Source: Ancylonema sp.
Taxonomy: Eukaryota
Length of the DNA: 20,000 nt
NCBI GenBank assembly: GCA_050230475.1
Contig: JBFLGF010000152.1
Span: forward strand, 45,662-65,661
Direction: 5' to 3'
Shown here: in pieces, positions 1 through 9,078 of the stretch
Numbering within the stretch: position 1 is the first letter of the stretch
How the letters are laid out: each line of letters opens with the position of its first letter
The notes under the pieces: model-generated
Database searches by the model: none
Told to the model about the DNA's origin: nothing
Seen by the model: the letters and a program-made list of their open reading frames with translations, nothing else
Translations under genes and position numbers: made by a program

Positions 1-2
1 AC

Positions 3-470
3 CCGGAGGGCGAGGGGGTGATGAGGCGGCTGCTGGAGAGTCTGGGTCCGCTCATCCGCCAGCTGCAGGACCACAGAGCGGCGGAGGCCAAGGCGGGTCT
101 GTCTGGAGGAAGGGGGGAGGGGGGGGGGGAGGACATTCCGCTCTTTGCCGTGGCGCTGCCAGGTGTAGTGAGCCAGCTGGCAATGGCCCGCCAGTACGGG
201 GCAGCGGCGAAGTTGGTGTTCCAGTACCAGCGCACTCATTCCTTTGTGGGGCTGTGGGGAGCGGAGGAGGCGCCCCGAGCAGTGGATCGATACTTGCAGC
301 AGCAAATGCGGAGGCTGAGAGAGGGCAGGGAGTTGTGGAGCGAGGGGCTGCTGCCCCCAGCGCAGAAGGGGGGCGCTACACAAGTACCGTGTACAGTTAG
401 GCAGGTGAGGGATGCGCTGGCAGAGATGATAGACGAGGCCCTCACCGTGATAGCAGAAGACGCAGGGTGA
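3..470 (+). CDS. 3'-terminal coding segment of an unidentified protein (gene begins upstream of the window)
   Basis: Frame is open from the window edge to TGA at 468-470, with GC-rich codon style like the neighbouring exons and a plausible helical protein (…LFAVALPGVVSQLAMARQYGAAAKLVFQYQRTHSFVGLWG…VRDALAEMIDEAL…). GC drops sharply after the stop and AATAAA follows within 10 nt. No family recognised. Confidence 0.6.
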   Translation, partial: PEGEGVMRRLLESLGPLIRQLQDHRAAEAKAGLSGGRGEGGGEDIPLFAVALPGVVSQLAMARQYGAAAKLVFQYQRTHSFVGLWGAEEAPRAVDRYLQQQMRRLREGRELWSEGLLPPAQKGGATQVPCTVRQVRDALAEMIDEALTVIAEDAG

Positions 471-573
471 CAAAATAAATGGTAACAGGGCCCACTCCTT
501 GCAACTGGGCGACTTTGGTCGACAAAGGTATGAGGTTATAATGTACAGTTTGTTCGGACAGAGTAAAAGAAGC

Positions 574-604
574 GAGCATGGAGCATGGAGCACGGAGCAC
601 GGAG
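574..604 (+). repeat. heptamer tandem repeat (GAGCAYG)x4
   Basis: gagcatg gagcatg gagcacg gagcacg gag. Confidence 0.9.
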
Positions 605-1176
605 GTTGCATTGCCTTCTGCCAAGGCCTCTGCCACTCCATGTATTTGCCCATGTTCCGGCAATTACCCCTCCCATGAGAACGTAACGAGTGCAAATGGT
701 TTTCATATGTTGGGGTCGCGAACGACAAGGGAATGCCAATGAGGGCCCCATGCTGATGAGGCATTGACATGAGGCATTGCCATGATGCAATGCAACATGT
801 ATCTGTTTGAAATAAGACGATGTCAATGCTGCAATCTACCGTACAAGTGCACAGTTGCGATAAGCTTGGTCACTTCACTTGGCATGACAAGAGCTCACCT
901 ACTTGCAGAAGCAGAGGGTAGAACAATGCCACAAGACACCACCAACTCCAGACCCGAGTAAAGATAATCGACATTCTCGAATAAGTTGTGTTTAATACCA
1001 GCACTCGCCTCAATGGGTGGTGACTGTCCTACTCATATCCTCTCACAAGCCCTTTGGCATCTACTGATTGCCGCAATCCTTCACTCACTGTTTGAACAGG
1101 GCTTGAGAGCGCAATCCAAATCTCACAACCCTTTCCCTCCCGCTCTGCATCTTCGCAGATGGAGTTCCTACCGAAC

Positions 1177-1228
1177 CACTGAGCACTGAGCACTAAGCAC
1201 TGAGCACAGAGCACTGAGCACTGAGCAC
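1177..1228 (+). repeat. heptamer tandem repeat (CACTGAG)x7
   Basis: cactgag cactgag cactaag cactgag cacagag cactgag cactgag cac. Confidence 0.95.
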
Positions 1229-1439
1229 ACACCCTACCCTCATTCCAAGGGTTTTCACATGGTTCCAAATATTCACAACCTGCAATGCTACAAGCGTAGC
1301 GAAGCCGCCGTTGGCCAGCCCTCAGTCGGCCCTATACTTCGACCTTGGGACCTCGCATGCTGACTATTTTCCTGCTACTGCGCTCGATTGTCACCCCAAC
1401 ATCTCTCCTGCCCTCTCGCCCCGAATCACCCCCTCCTGC

Positions 1440-4400
1440 CTACCGGATCCGCACAGTGACATCTGGCACCTCCACATCATCGTCGTTGGCATCGCTGCAG
1501 GTCACCGAAAATGTGAGCGTAGCTTCTGAGGCCGGGACCGCAGTCTTCCCCACCACTGTCACAAGCTTCACCAGCTTCATGGCCAGCCGCTCCTGCACCT
1601 TCTTCCTCCCCAGGAACTCCGCGTACAGCAAGCTCTTGCCGTGAGACACCATGCTGATCTGCACCCACCCCATTCGCCCCATTCAACCTCCCTCCCCCCC
1701 CCTGCTTCCCTCTCCATTACCTCCAACCCCTGCTGCTCCTTGAAGGCGCCTAGCAACCCCTGCAGCGTCATTCCCGCCCTCCCGTCCACCTCAAAGCGAT
1801 CCCACAGGGTCCACACCAGGGGCGTGCCTGTACGTGTTGCCACCTGGCAGCACAGCAGCGACCCACCCCACCGTTGATGACATCACGTGGCAACCCCAGG
1901 GGGGGCAGGTGACTGACCTCAGTCTTCACGGCTGCGCGCGGCTCCGCATGCAGCATGATGGGGATGGTGAGGTTGAAGAAGGAGTGGCGCAGGGCTGGGC
2001 GTGGCCTTCCCGCCACCACCTTGTACACCTCCAGACACATGAGAGCCCCCACCACCGCTGCCGTCGTGACAATACCGGGGATCACTTCTCCACCCACCAG
2101 GCGGGCCTGAGGGAGGGGCAGGGGAGCAGGAGACAAGGGTTGGTAGCAGCACTGCCCGCTATCCCACTCCCCAGAAACTGCCTTCGACTACCTCCAAGCG
2201 GCCGGTGGGGGGGTTGCCATAATTGAGAGCGCGCAGATGTGCGGCAGCGTAAACGATCTCTGCTCCCACCGACCTCTCCTCCTCCCCTTGGAAGGCGAGA
2301 GGGGAGAGGCGGTAGCCCTGCACACACCCCCAACCCCTGAGCCAATGAGAGAGGGAGAGTACATTCGCTACACATGCCCCGCCCTACGCACTGCAAGGGC
2401 GGAGGGTGGGGGCAGCTCCTCTAGCAGCCGCTTGCACTCCTCTGATGTGGCCCCCTCCTCACCCCCCCCCCCCCTCTGGACCTCACTGTCTGTGACGGCG
2501 ATCTTCACTCCCGACTGCACCCCCCCTCCACCCTCTCACCCGATCACCACCCCTCCCTGCCTCTGCCTGCCTTCCAGCCCGGCCCCCCTTACCTTGGGAG
2601 TGAAGGGAGGCACGTGAAGGGTGTGGAGAATGTGCGTCAGGGCGCTCCGGTCCTGGCAGCCTTTCAAGCCGTACACGGCGGCCTGCAGGTTGGCAGCGGA
2701 CACGATGAAGTCGAGGTGGAGGGGGGAGGAGGCGTCGAAGTGGAGCGGGGTGGGGGCGCGTTTGGTGCCGCTCCAGAAGGGAGCGCCAGCTGTTGTCTTC
2801 GTGTGAGGGGGGAAGTTGTGGACTAGCTGCAAGGAGAGGCAGGCACGGGTTGACACCTGTCGGCCAGCTGGCACACCACCCACTCACCTGCTTGATGTGG
2901 TTGGCGAAGAGGTCCTCGAACTGAAGGCGGGCCCACTCCACGCACGAATCGAAACTGCCGCACTGCAAAAACTGCTCAGCCTCTGGCTCCCTCAAGCAGC
3001 AACTGCCCCCGCCCCCACCTGAACGGCCGATGGGTGACGAGGGCATTCCGGAGCATTTCGAGCACAGGCAGCTGTAGGGCGGGCGAGGTGGCCTTGTGCT
3101 TCTCCACAAACTCTTTGTTTCCGAGGTACGCGTTCACATCAGCCGCCCTCTGCGTGAACTGGGAGGAGAAGGTCTCCACCGCCCACCGGAGGGTGTGGAG
3201 GGGAGAGTAAGGGAAGTTGCGCAGGGTGCAGATGGGCGCCCCTGCGCGCTCGGGCGGGTCCTGAGAAGACGCGTACATCTCCGATTCAAACGGAAGAAAC
3301 ACCTGCGCCACTCCACCATGCTGCCCCTCAGTGCCTTCCTCTTGCCACAAGAGGCTCACCTGTATGCTCCCCTTACTCCCATGCCTCCCTCCGTCGATCA
3401 TCGGCTTGCGATAAAACACGCAGCGCGCATCGCAGTACAGCCGCGACGTGGCGTCATCGGTTGCCGTGAGCACACCCGTGACCTCCTCGAACAGCTGCGC
3501 CCCGAACGTGGCCTCTGACGCAGCGTTCATTCGCACCGGCAGCGCGTGCGCATCCAGGGAAGAGTTCAGCAGCCTCAGCTTTGGCAGGGCACAGACTGCC
3601 TTCTTCCCCCCCACATCCCCTGCCCTGTACAGCATCTGCGTGCCCAGATTGGATGTGTGGACCGTGTCCGGGTCGCCCACATGAATGGACCCGACCCCCA
3701 TGAGCGCCAGGTTCTTCATCACCTCACACCCGATCCCTCCAGCCCCCACCGCCAACCACTGCCCGCCAGATATTGAGAGAGCCAAAGTTGGTCAGGCGCC
3801 AGTGGGTCCCTGCAGGACTGCCAGGTGGCACACCGCCTACCTTGGATGCCCTCAGCTTCTGCTGCATCTCCTCCCCACAGAGAGCCGTCTGCGCTGCGTA
3901 GCGGCCCCCCTCCCCATCGCCACTGCCACAGCCGCCAGCCTGCCCCCCCAGGCACTCCATGTCTTCGAAGTACCACCACTGCCGCAGGGGCATGGAGGTT
4001 CCGCTGCAGGCCTGCACTCCGCACAGCAGCAGGTTGGGGTGAGGTCGGAAGGGAGGGTGAGTGCCGTCTGTTCACATACCTTCAGAACCTCGTGGGCTGC
4101 AACGCCAGCTGTCAGCGCCACCACAGGCATGATTTCCACTCCATTGCCCCTCAGCACTGCCCCGGCCAGCTGTACATCCTCCTCCCCAGCTCCAGAATGG
4201 CCATGTCCTCCGCTGCCGTTGCTGCTGTGTGCTGCGTCAGAAGAGAGGCTGGAGCGCACTCGACGCACGGCCTCCACCACCTCCTCCTGCTCATCAATGG
4301 CTCTGAAGGCCGCATGCAACTGCTGAACCCTGATTGCTGATTCAGGGTCGTTCCCAGCAAAGGCAGGGTTCAGAAGTGCTTCCTCCAAAGGTTTGAAGGT

Positions 4401-5255
4401 TAAGGTCACTGGTCTCGGCAGCTGTTGAACGTAGCCACCAGAGTGGTACAGGGCGTACTTTCGGGTATCGTCAGGAATGGTGAAAGAGGAATGCCCCGTG
4501 GGGGTGACCACCCGCTCAACCCCGTCATTCAGCTCTGTCATTCCCTGCACTCCGCTAAACCTCACACTGTCGCCGTCCACCAAACCGTGTCGGTGGTCTT
4601 CAGCCAGTGTGACGGTCGCAGGACAGTCTTGAGTGATGCTCTCGACCAGTAATGTGGTCGGAAGCTCCCCGCCAGACCCCTCTCGGACTGGGAAGGTTGC
4701 ACCAAGGTCGCAGAACACGCGGGAACAGAAACCACGGGCATCTGCGAGGACAAATGGGACGGACTGCGCCCGACAGCGGTTGTTGAAATGCGCCAGCTCC
4801 TCCATTGGAACCACTTTGGTCGCACAGAGGACTGAAGCGCCTTGAAGCACATCGTCAGGAATGCCACCTGTCAGATTTTTTCCTCTGTGATCAGAGATTG
4901 CAGTGACGTGGACGTCAGGGTTCAATGCAGCCAAGCGCTGGGCGCACACGTCAGCTCGAGAGGATGACAAGTCAGCCTCGGTAAGTAGACAATTGGCCCC
5001 GAGGTCCGACAAAGTCACAACGGCTGCGTCTACAATTGTCAATTTCCTCACACCCGCTAGGACCAAATTCTTTGCAATCTCTGCGCCTACTCCAGTAGCT
5101 CCTACCACCACAACGTAGCTCTCCCTGATTCGTGACATGGCATCCCGTCCAATCGTGAATATCTGACGAGAGTAGCGAAGCTCATCAAAGTCATTTTTAC
5201 GAGCCGGATCGCTGGGACCGGAAGACTGTGATGACAGATTGTATTCTGAATTCAT
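1440..5255 (-). CDS. UBA1-like: Ubiquitin-activating enzyme E1, UBA1-like (divergent paralogue), 11 exons, 1036 aa
   Basis: Hand-spliced exons, all introns GT..AG and 57-85 nt: 5255-4080, 4011-3841, 3758-3360, 3302-3019, 2954-2888, 2826-2593, 2514-2392, 2317-2192, 2106-1918, 1843-1721, 1658-1440. Total 3111 nt, in frame to TAG. Motifs: [23 protein letters not shown] (inactive adenylation domain); [21 protein letters not shown] (FCCH); [31 protein letters not shown] (active adenylation domain); catalytic [27 protein letters not shown]-terminal ubiquitin-fold domain ending DVEVPDV. Confidence 0.93.
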
Positions 5256-5807
5256 TACGAAAACTTTTCCGAATCTGAAACAATAGAAAGCTCTATCCAG
5301 CTCCCTTAGACCTCGTCTGTCGAAATACCAGGAACCGGAGGTGATGACCCTTCTTGGCGAAGGCACCCAAAAAATCACCCCGACACGTAGCTAGATGGCA
5401 TAGAGTCGCGTGTTGGAAATCCTTACATTCACCTACATCTTCGTGTACACGTCATCGCGCGCTCGTCTATTTTGCGAAAAAATAATTTCATCAGTGCAGC
5501 TCTCGCGCACAAGTTTTCATTGCCACAAAGTAAAATAATCATGGCCAAGCCACGACAGGACAGCCATGGCAGGGCCAGCTCTCCAACATTGTAGGACGGA
5601 ATAGAGAAGCTGCATCTTCACGTTCCGCTAGTCATAAAGTACGCGCCCTCCGTTTATGCGCGCGCGCACTTGCCAGCCTACCAACCAATCCTTGACGTCG
5701 TGGAATCTCCAGCGACGGTTAACCAGCTTCAGCGAAAAAGATGATGACCGGACGATTGTGCCGCGGTGTTTTTGCACCGTTCTGGATCTCCTGACCTTCT
5801 CCTGAAC

Positions 5808-6125
5808 CAATCCTCCCTTCCCTTCGATTTCCCGCCCCTCTCTTCCTAACAACACCACGCCTTCATCTTGTTCTCAACACCCTTGCCGACTTATGTGGCA
5901 GACACATGTGGCCATGCTGTGAAACCTTTGGGAACCCACCTTCTATGGTCGCGCAAGCATCGCAGGATACTCGCTCTGGTAAATCGCCGGATGCGATTTA
6001 CCACATTATTCATGAGTTGCATCGACACGCGCATCGAGAGGGCAACGTCTTCCTTCCTTCTTCATCACTTGGGGGGCGTGGATGGCGTGTGGATTGGGAT
6101 TTCGGATGTTGCGGCAGACAATACC
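5808..6125 (+). mobile_element. degenerate internal fragment (Zn-knuckle/RLE region) of the CRE-like non-LTR retrotransposon
   Basis: Aligns by eye to ~8214-8540 (ttcccttcgatttcccgcccctctcttc vs ttcccttcggtttcccgcccctctcttc; CGHAVKPLGTHLL vs CGHPLDPLGTHLL; DAIYHIIHELHRHAHRE vs DAFYHIIRESHQHAHRE). Frameshifted. Confidence 0.85.
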
Positions 6126-6542
6126 TGTACGACTTAGCCATTTTGGCTAAGTGCCTAGTCCGGTGTTTGCAAGGTAGTCCGGTCGAAACTCACAATAGGA
6201 GTTATCAGTTATCAGCCGCAGGGATTATTTTGGAGTTAAGTTTTCACAGGCGGTACTAATAGTGAGCCCGGGTGTGGGCGGAGCTGAGTACGCATTCAGG
6301 TTATTGTATCTGGATCGCGTCGTGTGAGAACAATACTGAATGATAATTGGTCATGCGGTTGCGGCTGAGAGCATCGGCTTGTCGAAGCTTCAATCAGCTG
6401 GCTACCGCTGATTGGTGCTTATAGACATGTGTAATATTTAGTGCATGTTTTGAGGCATGCATGATCGTAATGTTATGTATGTTACGTGGACGATCTTTGA
6501 GTACGTTTGACTCGAAGTTGTGGGATCTGAACTTGGACAAGA

Positions 6543-6631
6543 AAGGGAATTGTATATTATTGAAAACCGGCGGAAACCTCCTTTTATTGCAAGGACGTGC
6601 TTGTAAAGAAACTGCAAATCCTTAAAAACGA
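6543..6631 (-). mobile_element. extreme 3' tip of an older minus-strand CRE-like copy (left half of split element)
   Basis: Reverse complement (tcgtttttaaggatttgcagtttctttacaagcacgtccttgcaat…ttttcaataatatacaattccct) matches the 3' end of the main copy at ~8995-9075 (tcgtttataggatgtagtttctttacaggcacattcttgtaat…tttttcattaatatacacttctct). Confidence 0.85.
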
Positions 6632-9078
6632 GGAGCTTCGTCAGCCAGCGTCCCAGGCTCGCCTCCCGATTGCTCAGGGGGGGTTGGACTTGCTCTGTAC
6701 CACGGTCCTAGCCCCCATTGCATTTTTGGGATCATTTGCGCTCGCCTGCACTTCAGACAGCTTTTCAGCAGCATGGCGAGTCTCTTGGTCCCATTCTACG
6801 CGATGTTGAGTTAGGGTGTCGTGCTGTTTAGCCTCGTGTATGTACACACGTGTGAAACCCTCGTTATAACAAGACTCGTTGTATGTGTGCGTTGTACTAT
6901 GTGTGAATGCAATGTGAATGCGTCATCATTGGTTCATGCATATAGAAACACATCCATGGCTGCGTAGATCGCAACACACGTGCGAGTACGATAGCCAACA
7001 TAGATACCATTCGCAACACAATCGATGTGCATATGGTATTGCAATTATTTCTTACTAGTTTACCTATGGCAAGGGATTGCTATAGGTCTGGACGTAACGT
7101 GCCCGACACAGATATCAAATGAAAGGCCACTCAATATAACATAACAATCACAGCCGAATTCACATAAACAATGCTCAATTACCCCGAATCTGAGATAACC
7201 AGTTGTTGTGTAATATTCCCGAGGAATGCAAGGACCGAATGAGGTCCTTGCACAGAAAGTACAGAGTGTATAGTGTTCCGAGCCAGAGTAGCAACCGAAC
7301 ACCCACGAAGATAGCAATCTAATCACCGCCGCCTGACCGACATTTAGCCAACCTGTTTCAGGGAGGCAGACTTTGTCGTCTACATAATCTACGCGATCAC
7401 CGGCTTAACACATAGGCGAGGTGATCGGTACTGAGTTACGTGACACGCTACACTTACTAAAATACTTAGTCGTTTATTAAGGACCTGACCACTTGTCGGT
7501 ACAGGTCGGACAATTGCGTCCTGCGCATATTGTCGTCTACTATAATTACACTTTGGGTGGTACATAAGCTTAACGTGACTAGCGGTCATACATCTCAGTC
7601 ATACATCTTTGCCGCACGCTTTAACCGACACTTGATTGTCTTCGTACACAGGGAGCGGTGGCTGCGGCTACGACCGCGGTGGTTGCCTTGACCGGCGCCG
7701 TAGGTGGCGGGCATTCATCGTTTTATTATTGCGCCCGTACTTTATTACGATACAATGATTTGGCGGGTCCTTCTAACACGTGCCAAATACCGACGTGAAA
7801 TAGGGGTACCCCCGCGGGTGCGTACCTATTCCGTTCGACGTGAGATATTGGCTATACATGCTATGTTCTATTATAGGCATAATTCGGGATATAATAGGCG
7901 TGCCTATATCACTCTAAATTATACTATATAGGCACACGATCTGCACACGATCTATTATGACTGACAAGGGGCCTTACCTACGCAGCGCGCTCTTTGCGCT
8001 GCGAGGACTGAGCTAGACCCCAAGGCTCGCGAGGTTCTTCCTCCTTTCGATGTCGTGGCCTCCTCTCCCCCCCCTCGGCTTCAGGCTGCCCTTCATGTCG
8101 CCACCTATGCTGCTAGATTCGAGGAGGTTCTCACGGGAGCGAGTTCCGCAGGGTCCGGACCGGATTCGGGCTACGAGTGGTGCGGGGGCGGGGCATTTGT
8201 TGCAGGCGACACCTATCCTCCCCATTCCCTTCGGTTTCCCGCCCCTCTCTTCGTGACAGCACTCCGTCTTCGGCTCGGCCTTCCACATCCCTGTCCAGCG
8301 ATGTACGCGGCGTGTTCATGTGGCCACCCGTTGGATCCTCTTGGGACCCACCTCTTGCGTTGCGCTCGCGGCGGAGAGCGCACCTCATCGCATGACTCTG
8401 TGTGCGCGATGCGTTTTATCACATCATCCGTGAGTCGCACCAGCACGCACATCGGGAGCGCACAGGCTTCCTTCCCTCATCGGCTCCCGGGGGGCGCGGA
8501 GGGCGTGTCGATATTGTGATTTCGGATGCTGCGGTAGGGCCCACTTTGGTCGACATTGTTGTTGCGGACCCTACCCGTTGCGATTTGGTGGAGCGCGCCG
8601 CTAGACACGATCTCGTCGCCGCCACCGATGCGGAGCGCAGGAAGGAGGCCCACTATCGTGATCGCGCAGCTGGGACGATCGTGCCCTTTGCTCTTGAGAC
8701 GTACGGTGCATTGTCTGATAGGTCGGATCGTTTTTTGGTCGAGTGTGCCTCTTTTTAGCATCTAGAGAGTCTTCAGGCGCAGGGCCCTCATTAGCTTGTT
8801 GTGCACATGGTTCCGTCAGAGAGTGTCGATTGCGTTGCAGCGGTCGCTAGCATATGCGATACATGCTAGGACCCTACGTCTAGAGCAGTCCATGGCCTTG
8901 CTACCCCCCCCACCAACCGGCGCGCTCCACTTTCTTCTTCGGATTTGCTTATTGTCGCTAGTTTTGGCTAGTACGATCGGCCCTCATAATTTTTCGTTTA
9001 TAGGATGTAGTTTCTTTACAGGCACATTCTTGTAATGAGATGGGGCCGTCGTTTTTCATTAATATACACTTCTCTATT
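6632..9078 (+). mobile_element. 5'-truncated, frameshifted CRE-like non-LTR retrotransposon (RT thumb + CCHC knuckle + restriction-like endonuclease), interrupted by a solo LTR
   Basis: RT-thumb motif QARLPIAQGGL…APIAFLGS (~6655-6735), ALRLRLG, knuckle CSCGHPLDPLGTHLLRC, SHD (RHD-like), RVDIV…LVDIVVADP, RKEAHY, PFALETYG, FRQRVSIALQR. Flanked by imperfect direct repeats caaatccttaaaaacga (6615-6631) and caacgtcctttaaaaacga (9079-9097). Several frameshifts. The clade assignment rests on motif recall only. Confidence 0.88.
6817..7966. mobile_element. solo LTR (1150 bp) with 4-bp TSD AGGG
   Basis: Termini TGTC…GACA, with AGGG at 6813-6816 and 7967-7970. Excising it plus one TSD restores the retroelement frame GAT GTT GAG TTA GGG GCC TTA CCT ACG CAG (DVELGALPTQ). 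No convincing coding capacity. Orientation not determined. Confidence 0.85.

Noticed and set aside
1177..1228. Repeat arrays as CRISPR or telomeric repeats
   Set aside because: There are no spacers, the context is eukaryotic, and the units differ from TTTAGGG.
2462..2474. 13-C homopolymer as a frameshift in E1
   Set aside because: Codon counting shows exon 7 stays in frame (QRGGGGEEG).
5256..5378. 41-aa N-terminal extension of the 3852..5378 ORF
   Set aside because: It starts at GTG and has no E1 similarity. The first ATG at 5255 gives a normal distance to YSRQ.
5628..5858. 76-aa minus-strand ORF
   Set aside because: It has a non-ATG start, no recognisable motif, and partly overlaps a retroelement fragment in antisense.
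6126..7648. Possible LTR bounded by TGTACGA…TCGTACA
   Set aside because: There is no TSD (atacc vs caggg), and the right end lies inside the better-supported 6817-7966 solo LTR.
6543..9075. Apparent ~85-bp terminal inverted repeats suggesting a TIR/DIRS/Penelope-like element
   Set aside because: Better explained as a + copy nested in a minus copy of the same family, given the TSD and the continuity of the two minus halves.
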